Shown: one piece after another, positions 26,401 through 34,824 of the stretch | How the letters are laid out: each line of letters begins with the position of its first letter | How positions within the stretch are numbered: position 1 is the first letter of the stretch | Origin: a virus | DNA: 64,000 nt | Virus record (IMG/VR): IMGVR_UViG_3300009376_000001 | Strand: one strand, 5' to 3' | Position numbers and translations under genes: made by a program | Notes under the pieces: generated by a model | What the model was told of the DNA's origin: nothing | Database searches by the model: none | The model's input: the letters and a program-made list of their open reading frames with translations, nothing else

Positions 26401-26829
26401 TTATCTTTGAGCTTGTGCTACTTTTGCCCAATCTATAGCATTCTCACGCCAACGATGTGCAAAAGTTTTACATCTAGGAACCTCCTTTCGTTCCAGTTCA
26501 TCAAATGCTACTGTCCAATCTATATATAAATTCTCATTATGTTTAACTTTATCGCATGTTGTAGGGTCTATAAAGTACTTACAACGTTCTTCTAAGCACT
26601 GAAATTCTTTAGTCTCTTCAGCATTATAACTACCACATACTGCTAAAACTTGTTTAGTATGTGGACTACGAGCAGTAGTAGCCTCTATTTTAATGGATTT
26701 AAACGCACATTGCCCTGTATATTCATCAGTTTTACCAATTGGCTTAAATCCAGGTTTATTTTCCATATGATGAACTTCCTTTAAAGGAAGCCAATTTTTG
26801 CACTCAGTAATATTGCAATAAACCGTCAC
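26401..26829 (-). CDS. Cys-rich protein (DUF1540-like repeats)
   Basis: VYCNITECKNW...C...C.SY; second repeat C.EERCKY...C...C.TF. Confidence 0.6.
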   Translation of the reverse strand: MTVYCNITECKNWLPLKEVHHMENKPGFKPIGKTDEYTGQCAFKSIKIEATTARSPHTKQVLAVCGSYNAEETKEFQCLEERCKYFIDPTTCDKVKHNENLYIDWTVAFDELERKEVPRCKTFAHRWRENAIDWAKVAQAQR

Positions 26830-27131
26830 TCTTGTTCCACCTTTTTCTCTTTAATAGTATCTACTAATTTTCGTGACCATCCTACAAACCACTCATATTT
26901 AGAATTACTTGTAGAAAATTCACTTAATTGTCTAAAAACATCAATAGCTATAAGTTCTATATCTTTTTGAATACCTTTACCTCGTAAAAATGAAACTATA
27001 CTAAGTCTAGTTAAGGCTGAAAAAACAGACGGTGTAGGGTATTCATACACTGTTATAGTTTCAAGTATATGACATAAGATGTTTTCAACATCTATTGTAG
27101 TTAATTCAACTTCTTTAATAGTACGTGGCAC
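26826..27131 (-). CDS. Hypothetical protein
   Basis: GGAGGG RBS before GTG start. Confidence 0.6.
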   Translation of the reverse strand: MPRTIKEVELTTIDVENILCHILETITVYEYPTPSVFSALTRLSIVSFLRGKGIQKDIELIAIDVFRQLSEFSTSNSKYEWFVGWSRKLVDTIKEKKVEQE

Positions 27132-27186
27132 AAATCCCCTCCAACCCGCACAGGATGCTTAATACTATAACATAATAATATATTAT

Positions 27187-27966
27187 TTAGACCTTACTAT
27201 TTAATGTACTGTAGGAAGGAAGACCATCTATTATTTCTACTTCATAATCCGCAAATAAATTAGGCCACCGTTCTATTGCTGTTTCTGCCACTTTAGAGAA
27301 AACAACACGAATTTCTTCTTCTGCCCAAGGTTTAGTACGCATTTCAATAACATGTCGTAAAGTACGCATATTACACGACCACCCTATATTAGTGGCTAAA
27401 CCAATAGGTGCTATACGACGCATAGCAGAAGTAATTTCCTTTTTAATATCAAATTGATTAGTATCGTCTAATTCATATATCTCTGCTAAATCTTTCTGAA
27501 GGTTAGAAAGACCTTCCATAGTCTTAGTAAAGATATGCATTGCATTCTCATTTTCTTGAATGCACACAGGAGCATACCAATCTAAATCAGTTAACCGTAC
27601 AAAACGTAGGGATTCTTGCGACATAGCCGTTCCTACACGATGACGTACTAATTCATGCGTAAAAACACGACTAACATCGCAGAAAAAGAAATTAACTACT
27701 CCATGTTCTAAAACAGACCCATCCCCTTTTGCTATAACATTAGAAATATAAGCTTCATTTGAATTACGAACACGAGTGAGATTAGGGTTTAAATCAGTAC
27801 CAAATGACTTATAGCATGCCCTACCGTATACCTCAGTTAAAAGTTCTATATCAGTAGGAGCGTTAGAAGTCCACTCTGGTACGCCCAAATGATTAAGGAA
27901 GGCACTAAGTCCTTCCTTATTCACAGTTGATTCGCCGATTAGAAAAACCTTAGGTTCTACAATCAT
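27187..27966 (-). CDS. thyX: Flavin-dependent thymidylate synthase
   Basis: GRACYKS, SVLEH, VSRVFTHELVRHR...SQESLR ThyX motif, EIR. Confidence 0.95.
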   Translation of the reverse strand: MIVEPKVFLIGESTVNKEGLSAFLNHLGVPEWTSNAPTDIELLTEVYGRACYKSFGTDLNPNLTRVRNSNEAYISNVIAKGDGSVLEHGVVNFFFCDVSRVFTHELVRHRVGTAMSQESLRFVRLTDLDWYAPVCIQENENAMHIFTKTMEGLSNLQKDLAEIYELDDTNQFDIKKEITSAMRRIAPIGLATNIGWSCNMRTLRHVIEMRTKPWAEEEIRVVFSKVAETAIERWPNLFADYEVEIIDGLPSYSTLNSKV

Positions 27967-28169
27967 TAAGTACTACGTCGCCTATCTAAAAATGCCTCAA
28001 ACTCTTCATCAGTCATCATACCTAATTGTTGCTCAGGCGTAAGCTCAGGAACATAGTCTTCATCGTCATCAGGATCAGTCTCATCTTCATCTGCACTGGT
28101 ATCTACTAATTCTTCTGAATAATGAACTGTATCAAATAGGTCTTGTAAAGCTTTATTGTCCTGAGTCAT
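27966..28169 (-). CDS. Very acidic small protein
   Basis: AGGAG RBS; 23 of 67 residues D/E. Confidence 0.65.
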   Translation of the reverse strand: MTQDNKALQDLFDTVHYSEELVDTSADEDETDPDDDEDYVPELTPEQQLGMMTDEEFEAFLDRRRST

Positions 28170-28189
28170 ACGTTCTCCTATTACCCTGC

Positions 28190-28219
28190 ATTATACCCTA
28201 AATACTATTCCGAAGTCAA
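28190..28219 (-). promoter_or_regulatory. Sigma70-type promoter for acidic protein-thyX
   Basis: Reverse complement TTGACT-N18-TATAAT. Confidence 0.75.
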
Positions 28220-28348
28220 TACTTTTCGGGCTTCTCGTCGTTCTTTTCTACGCTTATCGGCATCACATGGGCCACACAATGCAGGCAAATATCGCTTTGA
28301 CTGCTTACGTCCACACTTCTGACACTTCTTCCAGCTTGTAGGAGCCAC
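28205..28348 (-). CDS. 47-aa basic Zn-finger protein, not in ORF track
   Basis: GTG overlapping topoisomerase stop (TAGTG): MAPTSWKKCQKCGRKQSKRYLPALCGPCDADKRRKERREARKVLTSE*. Confidence 0.6.
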   Translation of the reverse strand: MAPTSWKKCQKCGRKQSKRYLPALCGPCDADKRRKERREARKVLTSE

Positions 28349-30339
28349 TATTTCTTCTTCCTCTTAACAGGTTTACGCTTGCCTTTGGCTTTAACCGGAG
28401 CCTTATCTTTATTCTTTAACTTTTGCTGAGCAACTTTAACATCAGCTGCAGGGAACCTAGAACGTAATAGCTTATCTACATCCCCATCAAATGAAATATC
28501 CCAATCTTTAAAAACTTGAGGATCAATATATTGAGCTACACAAACTTGTTTAGTATTACTTAATTGGTCTGAAATAGGCTCACCAATTACATCTAATTTA
28601 AGTTTATTACGTTCTTTTAATGCCCATAAAAAAGCTTCTTCTTTCCACTCTTGGGCATTAGTAATAGCTCCGTTATTAACCCGTCGCTTCATGAAAGCAT
28701 CAAATTTCTTTCTATCTAACTTAGGTATCTTAGTCTTCGACACTAAATCGGCTGCTAATCGAGTAGCATGATAAGTACGGAAGTTCTTTACACTAAAATC
28801 ACCATCCGCTGCTTGCTTTAAATAAGCATTAACCGCAGGAGGACTAACATTTAGCACCGTAGCTGTCTTATCTTTACCTGCTGCTTTACGGCGAGCAATC
28901 AATTCATTCTTAACTAATGGGTCAGTAACTTCCACATTATTTAATTTACCGGATTTACCTAAGAAATTAAGATAAACTTTCTTACCTTTAATTATTATAT
29001 GCTGCGCCTGAAAGCTAGTTACTCCAAAAGTAGAAACATATTCTCGTATAAACTTGCCATCTTTATCTTTTTTAGGGCCAGGTCGTCCTTCTTCTCCGTC
29101 CCAAACAACTTTAGATTCACCACTACCGACTCGACGATAAGTATTATGAATCAGAGCAAGAGCTAATGCTGCTTCTTTATTACGTCCGTTATTCTGGATA
29201 TCTTGTTTACAACTCTTTTCAATACGAGAGATACTTTTAGCTAATTTTTTAATCTTCTCAAATTTCTTAATAGCTTGACCTTTAGTATGCTCTACACTGT
29301 AGCCAGCATGTTGTCGTCCTTTACCATCAATCCAAGCTACTTGAACCTTATCATCTGAATCGGTACTAAAGAATAAGTGCTGCTTGCCTCCACGGTCAGG
29401 ATTCTCTGGGTCAAACTCCTGAACGGCCTGTAATTGTCCGTCAGCGGTGGTTATATTAACCACTTTACCGTCTTCATTAACTACCGCTATATTAGGAGTA
29501 ATAGGAGTTGCATCTGTTTGTGGGCCTTTTCCTTCCAAGGCTGCCTGTCTAACTAATTCTTTTTTCTGGTCTACAGAAATTTTAGGTAATGTTTGAATTA
29601 AGTCATCTAATGGACGGAAGCCCTGTTCTTTCATTTTTGCAATAAAAGATTCAGCATCAATCTTATCGCCAATAATGCCTTGCCCTTCATTCTCGTCTTC
29701 ATCGTCATCTACGTTTTCATCAACATTTACCATTCCAACGTCTTCAGGAGCTTGTACACCTTCAATAGGTCGAGCAGCTTCTGGCTCTAAAGGACGCTCT
29801 AGTGTACCTAATTTGCCTATCTCAGAAGGAAAATATCCTCGTGCTCCACGACGAGTTGTGTGTACTTGTGTATTCTCTGGAGGTTTTTCACCAGAGCCTA
29901 AGTATTCTAATCGCTCTCCCCGTTCTGCTTTAACTAAATATTCTAAAGCAGTCTCAAGTACTAATAACTTCGATAAATCCGCACTCTTTTGTATATCAGA
30001 ATTAGTTAATTTATCTACTTGCTCATCCGTAATAAAGTACGCACGGAATACGGGATTCTGAAAGCGAGTATATGTCTGATATAAAAAGAATCCATCAGAC
30101 ATCTTGCCTTCTTCATCCGACATGCTAAGGTCTGTTCCTAGTTGCTTGGAATGCTCTTTAAAGAAAGCATCACCACTAGCTTGTAGACGTTCTCGTAGGC
30201 TTTTATCTACCCAAGATATATGATTCTCTGCCTTGGAAATGGAACGAGCGATTTCATCCGGCTCTTTAGATAGAATCTTACGAGAAGGCAAGACAATATA
30301 AGCTAAGTCTTTTTGGTTATATATAGTAACAGCAGGCAT
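28348..30339 (-). CDS. DNA topoisomerase IB (bacterial/poxviral type) fused to N-terminal extra domains
   Basis: RRVGS(R), FGVTS, FLGKSGK(K), KNFRTYHAT(R), LSNT..VC..QYIDP(N,Y) catalytic pentad; start reassigned to ATG 30339 (TAATG coupling). Confidence 0.88.
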   Translation of the reverse strand: MPAVTIYNQKDLAYIVLPSRKILSKEPDEIARSISKAENHISWVDKSLRERLQASGDAFFKEHSKQLGTDLSMSDEEGKMSDGFFLYQTYTRFQNPVFRAYFITDEQVDKLTNSDIQKSADLSKLLVLETALEYLVKAERGERLEYLGSGEKPPENTQVHTTRRGARGYFPSEIGKLGTLERPLEPEAARPIEGVQAPEDVGMVNVDENVDDDEDENEGQGIIGDKIDAESFIAKMKEQGFRPLDDLIQTLPKISVDQKKELVRQAALEGKGPQTDATPITPNIAVVNEDGKVVNITTADGQLQAVQEFDPENPDRGGKQHLFFSTDSDDKVQVAWIDGKGRQHAGYSVEHTKGQAIKKFEKIKKLAKSISRIEKSCKQDIQNNGRNKEAALALALIHNTYRRVGSGESKVVWDGEEGRPGPKKDKDGKFIREYVSTFGVTSFQAQHIIIKGKKVYLNFLGKSGKLNNVEVTDPLVKNELIARRKAAGKDKTATVLNVSPPAVNAYLKQAADGDFSVKNFRTYHATRLAADLVSKTKIPKLDRKKFDAFMKRRVNNGAITNAQEWKEEAFLWALKERNKLKLDVIGEPISDQLSNTKQVCVAQYIDPQVFKDWDISFDGDVDKLLRSRFPAADVKVAQQKLKNKDKAPVKAKGKRKPVKRKKK
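29815..29985 (-). repeat. Duplicated 57-codon leader/module, copy 2
   Basis: SADLSKLLVLETALEYLVKA...TQVHTTRRGARGYFPSEIG; 40/57 aa identical to copy 1. Confidence 0.9.
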
Positions 30340-31892
30340 TAACGACGTACTCCTTGTCTTGGCCCACCCTGTAGATGTGCAGGAGTATCGCCACCCCATC
30401 CCATTTCTCCATCATCTACCGGATCTGCACCTTTCCAATCCCTATTTCGATCCCTATCTCCAGGCTGGGAACTAACAGGGAAGCTTTCCCACCCAAATCC
30501 ATCAGGGGAGAATGGGGTTGAACCATAACCATAGCCTGCTCTTCCGCTAACAGCATCTCCCATTAATCGATTAACTTGGATTGTATATAAATTTTTAAAC
30601 CTATCGATATCTAAATTATCTGCTTCCCAATTAACTGCGCCTAAAGCAGCAGAGAGAGTATCTTCATCAAAATATTTATCAAATACATCTAGAGCTTCTT
30701 GTTCTAATCCGGTACGAATTTGTATCTTTTCTTCGTCCGTAAGAAGCTCATCCAAATGATCCCTATATCTATAAGGAAAATCTAAGCCAACATCTCTAGA
30801 AATTTCATGTAATTCGATATGTGCTGTTCGATCATGAGGGAAAGAATGAGCCATACGTCCCGCAAATCCATTATCAATAGCTAAAATCTTATGATCAGCT
30901 GTAATCATATAATTACCAGTATGCCTATCAGGATTACCTGTAATAGCATCTAATAATATAAGTTTAAGAAATTCTTCTCGCCCCTCTTTACTAGCTAACA
31001 TTTCAGCAACAGCCGAAATAGAATCATCTCTAGAAAGACAATTTTCACAAAACTCTTGAAAATGTCCGGCAGCCTGAGAACCTAAAGAATTCTCTTTTAT
31101 CTTATCGACTTCGGCTCTATCCAACCCACCTGGATCACCCCATTCGTCAACAGATGTCCCATGATCAGGATGAGTATCCGTAAATACTTTCAATAACCGC
31201 TCAGGATCTATCGAATGCGGTTGTACATACGGAACTAAATTCAACCCCAACGCTCTATCAACACTATATGCAAGCATCTCAGACCTGTTATCGCCTTTAT
31301 CATGAGAAGCTTTAAATATAAACTTTTTACCTGCTACTTCAACAGTAAAATTAGCATATGAAGTGATTCCCAGACCTGAATCCGTCGCTGAACCTTCATC
31401 TGAACCATCGGTAAATCCCGCTTTAGTTAAATTCTCAGAGGTTAAATCCGCAGGATCAATAGAACTTCCTAAGAATGGCTGATGTTCCCCAATAGCGTCC
31501 CTTAAATCCGCATACATATTTTCAAATTGGGCATTAACTTGCTCTCTAGTTGCCCAAGCCGAATCTCTCGTATCATCAGAGGAACTATCAGGAGTAACTA
31601 CTTCAATCTCTCGTTCTTCTTCAGGCAACTCAGCTAAGCGACGGACTTCTTCACGAATACCTTCTTCTGTATCAGGCGGTATAGTAAGTCTATCTAATGC
31701 GTCATCTATTTCTGTAGTGCCAACTTCAGAGGGATAATATCCACGAGCACCACGACGAGTAGTATGCACCTGTGTATCTTCTGGAGGACGTTGAGTAGGA
31801 CTAAGATACTCAAGTTTCTCCCCAGGTGTAGCTTTCAACAGATGCTCTAATACCGTCTCAAGAGTTAAAAGTTTTGTTAAATCGGTAGACAT
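30339..31892 (-). CDS. PI3/PI4-kinase-like (HipA-related) kinase with N-terminal leader module
   Basis: GLGIT...FIFK...SEMLAYSVDRALGLNLVP...HFQEF...DAITGNPDRHTGNYM...AIDNGFA. Confidence 0.85.
   Translation of the reverse strand: MSTDLTKLLTLETVLEHLLKATPGEKLEYLSPTQRPPEDTQVHTTRRGARGYYPSEVGTTEIDDALDRLTIPPDTEEGIREEVRRLAELPEEEREIEVVTPDSSSDDTRDSAWATREQVNAQFENMYADLRDAIGEHQPFLGSSIDPADLTSENLTKAGFTDGSDEGSATDSGLGITSYANFTVEVAGKKFIFKASHDKGDNRSEMLAYSVDRALGLNLVPYVQPHSIDPERLLKVFTDTHPDHGTSVDEWGDPGGLDRAEVDKIKENSLGSQAAGHFQEFCENCLSRDDSISAVAEMLASKEGREEFLKLILLDAITGNPDRHTGNYMITADHKILAIDNGFAGRMAHSFPHDRTAHIELHEISRDVGLDFPYRYRDHLDELLTDEEKIQIRTGLEQEALDVFDKYFDEDTLSAALGAVNWEADNLDIDRFKNLYTIQVNRLMGDAVSGRAGYGYGSTPFSPDGFGWESFPVSSQPGDRDRNRDWKGADPVDDGEMGWGGDTPAHLQGGPRQGVRR
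31719..31889 (-). repeat. Duplicated 57-codon leader/module, copy 1
   Basis: STDLTKLLTLETVLEHLLKA...TQVHTTRRGARGYYPSEVG. Confidence 0.9.
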
Positions 31893-31902
31893 ATCACATT
31901 TT

Positions 31903-31995
31903 CTACATGAAGACTAAAATCCAACAAGCAGCAGCGGTAAGAACATCCGCTGCTGCTGCGATTACCATTCCGATGGCGATAATTTTTTCATTCAT
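31903..31995 (-). CDS. 30-aa hydrophobic peptide, not in ORF track
   Basis: MNEKIIAIGMVIAAAADVLTAAACWILVFM* fills the gap between nrdJ and the kinase. Confidence 0.45.
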   Translation of the reverse strand: MNEKIIAIGMVIAAAADVLTAAACWILVFM

Positions 31996-32002
31996 GGACA
32001 CG

Positions 32003-34264
32003 CTACCCGCATTTAGAGTACCCGCACTCCATGCATGAAGAACATCCTTCAGACATAGAGAGTGGTCCATCACACTCTGGACACCGTGACCCCCCTACAA
32101 CTATTTCGCTAAAATTCTCTAATGTAGTAGCATCTCCATGCCCATTAGCATGTATAGACACTCCTACCGAGCCTGATAGCACCTGTCCTATACCATCAGC
32201 AAGTGACAATACCATTTTACCGTCATTCCATACCGGACAACAAGTAATTCCTAACAATTGTTTTGTAATAACATCTACAGGTACTCCATATTGAATAGCC
32301 GTAGATATCAAACGTCCCATTGCCTCAGTATCGGCTGCCTGACACTTGCCTGTTTTTCCAGTTTGTGCCAAAACTTCATAAATTTGATCTTTATCATAGT
32401 TAACAGTGACATACATTTTGCCATGACCTGTATTCACTGAAGTAGTAGAACCAACTAACTTAGTCGCTCTAGCTTTTACTCGTGGAGCAGGAGATACAGT
32501 TTCTGTCGTATTATTCGCCGTGGATACTAAAACTTCTCGTTCTCTAGACCCACGTCGGTATACTGTGATTCCTTTACACCCCGACTCCCACGCCTGACTA
32601 TACGCCATAGCAATATCATGCTCAGTTGCTTCATTAGGAAGATTAATGGTCTTAGATATGCCTGAGTCCACATATTGCTGGAACGCTGCTTGCATCTTTA
32701 TGTGATCTTCATGGCCTATTTCATCACTAACTGTGAAAACTTCACGGAGTTTAGGATCCATTAAACCATCAATACTATGTCCATCTTCAAGATATTCTTC
32801 AATATCCTTATAGGACATACCTAAACTATTCTTTAAATCATCATTTATATAAAAGAGTTCTAAGTTCTCTAAGGCAGCTGACATATTATGCTTCTTATAG
32901 GCCAATGCAAACAGAGGCTCAATGCCACTAGAACAGTTAGCAATCATACTAATCGTGCCTGTAGGCGCAATAGATAACCGCCACGCATTACGCATAGTAT
33001 CCCACTCGCCACCGTTTATTTGATTAAGCGGTGATTTGTCAAAAGCAGGAAAACTACCTTTATGCTGTGCTATGCCCGAAGAAGTCTTATCTGCTTCTGA
33101 TTTAAGAATAGAACCTACTTTATCGGCTAACTCTAGAGCTTCAGTACTATCATAAGGAATATTAAGACGTACCAATAAATCAGCAAAGCCCATTATGCCT
33201 AGACCAATCTTACGAGTAGATTGATTCATAGATGTAGTGTACTCAGTAGGATGCCTATTAGCATCTACAACGTTATCCAAGAAACGAGTACATGTTGCTA
33301 TAACATTCGTAAAACGCTCTTCATCAAAATAATTATGTTTAATGAAATTGCCAACGTTGATACTACCTAGATTACAAGACTCTCCTGATAGTAATGGCTG
33401 TTCTCCACACGGGTTAGTCGCATTTATCTGACCAAGCATCGGAGTAGTGTTATCCTGATTGATACGGTCAAGCCATACCATACCAGGTTCGCCATTCATC
33501 CAAGCACCTTTAATAATTTCACTATATAACTCAGCAGCCTTTACAAAACGACCATCCATTGTCGCATCAGGAGCATCATAAAATTGATTATCAAGAGGCC
33601 ATGCTAGACGAATATATTTATCTTGCCTAACCGCCTCCATGAAATTACTATCTGCCCCTATTGAGATATTAAAGTTCGTTATTTGTCCTTCAGTATTCTT
33701 ACAATGAATAAATTCTTCAATATCAGGATGATAGACTTCCATGATAGCCATATGTGCGCCATCACGTTTTCCGCCTTGCGTAATCATCGTGCCAACTTGA
33801 GAGAGCACCTTAAGCACATGAATAGGCCCACATGCTTTACCTTGGGTAGTAGCAATACCTTCCCCTTTAGGACGTAATGCTGAAAGGCTAAAACCAATGC
33901 CTCCCCCAAATTTTTCAATCATAGCCTGATCATGCGCCACACGCATGATATCTTCCATGCTATCGGGAATATCCATTACATAGCATGCTGACATAGTTCC
34001 TTGACCTGTGCCTGCATTCATGAGTGTAGGACTATTAGGCACAAAGTCCAAATTCCACATCAAGTCAAAGAAATTACTTTCTAATTCTTTAACTTGATCT
34101 TCTGTAGCCCCATACTTATATTCTACTTCTGCCATAGTACGGGCTACTCTAGTAAACATACCTTCGGCATTTTCAATAGGTACGCCTTGTTCATCCTTCA
34201 GATAATATCGCTTCTCCAAAATCTTAAGTGCATTATCCGTTAGATTTGATACAGCTGCTTTCAC
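32003..34264 (-). CDS. nrdJ: Class II (adenosylcobalamin-dependent) ribonucleotide reductase with C-terminal TSCPD and Zn-ribbon
   Basis: PNSPTLMNAG, SACY, TNPCGEQPL, ESCNLGS, IAPTGTIS, ISKTINLP, KGITVYR, terminal CPEC...CMECGYSKC; no class I beta subunit nearby. Confidence 0.93.
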   Translation of the reverse strand: MKAAVSNLTDNALKILEKRYYLKDEQGVPIENAEGMFTRVARTMAEVEYKYGATEDQVKELESNFFDLMWNLDFVPNSPTLMNAGTGQGTMSACYVMDIPDSMEDIMRVAHDQAMIEKFGGGIGFSLSALRPKGEGIATTQGKACGPIHVLKVLSQVGTMITQGGKRDGAHMAIMEVYHPDIEEFIHCKNTEGQITNFNISIGADSNFMEAVRQDKYIRLAWPLDNQFYDAPDATMDGRFVKAAELYSEIIKGAWMNGEPGMVWLDRINQDNTTPMLGQINATNPCGEQPLLSGESCNLGSINVGNFIKHNYFDEERFTNVIATCTRFLDNVVDANRHPTEYTTSMNQSTRKIGLGIMGFADLLVRLNIPYDSTEALELADKVGSILKSEADKTSSGIAQHKGSFPAFDKSPLNQINGGEWDTMRNAWRLSIAPTGTISMIANCSSGIEPLFALAYKKHNMSAALENLELFYINDDLKNSLGMSYKDIEEYLEDGHSIDGLMDPKLREVFTVSDEIGHEDHIKMQAAFQQYVDSGISKTINLPNEATEHDIAMAYSQAWESGCKGITVYRRGSREREVLVSTANNTTETVSPAPRVKARATKLVGSTTSVNTGHGKMYVTVNYDKDQIYEVLAQTGKTGKCQAADTEAMGRLISTAIQYGVPVDVITKQLLGITCCPVWNDGKMVLSLADGIGQVLSGSVGVSIHANGHGDATTLENFSEIVVGGSRCPECDGPLSMSEGCSSCMECGYSKCG

Positions 34265-34291
34265 TTTACTCTACTCCATTATTATAAAATA

Positions 34292-34331
34292 AAACGGCTT
34301 CTGTGCCTCAGATACAAACCAGAAGCCGTTT
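34292..34331 (-). terminator. Stem-loop between resolvase and nrdJ
   Basis: 12-bp perfect stem AAACGGCTTCTG/CAGAAGCCGTTT, 16-nt loop, T-rich run downstream on - strand. Confidence 0.55.
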
Positions 34332-34368
34332 GTTTAACAATACTTAAATTGTATTAATTTTCCATTGG

Positions 34369-34824
34369 CTATACACGTATTTGGCCCCATTTAGCTATCA
34401 TCAAGGCATCTATTGAGTCCTGTGATAATTTACTAACGTCTTGCCCCAAAATCTTAATAGCCATCGCCTTTACCTTATCCTTATCGGCTCCGCCATCGCC
34501 GACTACGTCTTTCTTCCAAGTCTTTACATTAACCGTAAAGATTTCCATGTCATGATGCATAAATACAACACGACACATAGCTAATACATGTACCAACTTA
34601 ATCAACGATTGTCGATTCTGAACGAGAGGAATATCCTCAATACAAACTAAATCATCAGAAGAAACATTTGAGGCTACCCAAGGAAGAAGTTGAAGATAAA
34701 GGTCTTTAAGTCGTGTTTCCCAAGATTTTGATTTAGAGATCAATTCTACCACATCGAACCCTTCCGAGGAAAGTTTAGCGATAGCTATTTTCGATGTGCT
34801 AATGTCTAAGCCATAGATACTCAT
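34369..34824 (-). CDS. RuvC-like Holliday junction resolvase
   Basis: YGLDIS, VCIED, WKK.VVG.G.ADK..V, DSIDAL.IA. Confidence 0.85.
   Translation of the reverse strand: MSIYGLDISTSKIAIAKLSSEGFDVVELISKSKSWETRLKDLYLQLLPWVASNVSSDDLVCIEDIPLVQNRQSLIKLVHVLAMCRVVFMHHDMEIFTVNVKTWKKDVVGDGGADKDKVKAMAIKILGQDVSKLSQDSIDALMIAKWGQIRV

Noticed and set aside
28348-28400. Lys/Arg-rich topo IB tail as a nuclear localisation signal implying a eukaryotic host
   Set aside because: All expression signals and replication genes are bacterial; more likely a DNA-binding tail
30340-30399. First 20 codons of the 683-aa ORF
   Set aside because: They overlap the kinase C-terminus; ATG 30339 with TAATG coupling is more plausible
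31928-31957. GCAGCAGCGG/CCGCTGCTGC inverted repeat as a terminator
   Set aside because: No clear U-tract, and explainable by Ala codon runs in the 30-aa ORF; left uncalled
34265-34368. Cobalamin riboswitch or NrdR box upstream of nrdJ
   Set aside because: The gap is only ~100 nt with a single hairpin; no B12-box or NrdR consensus recognised
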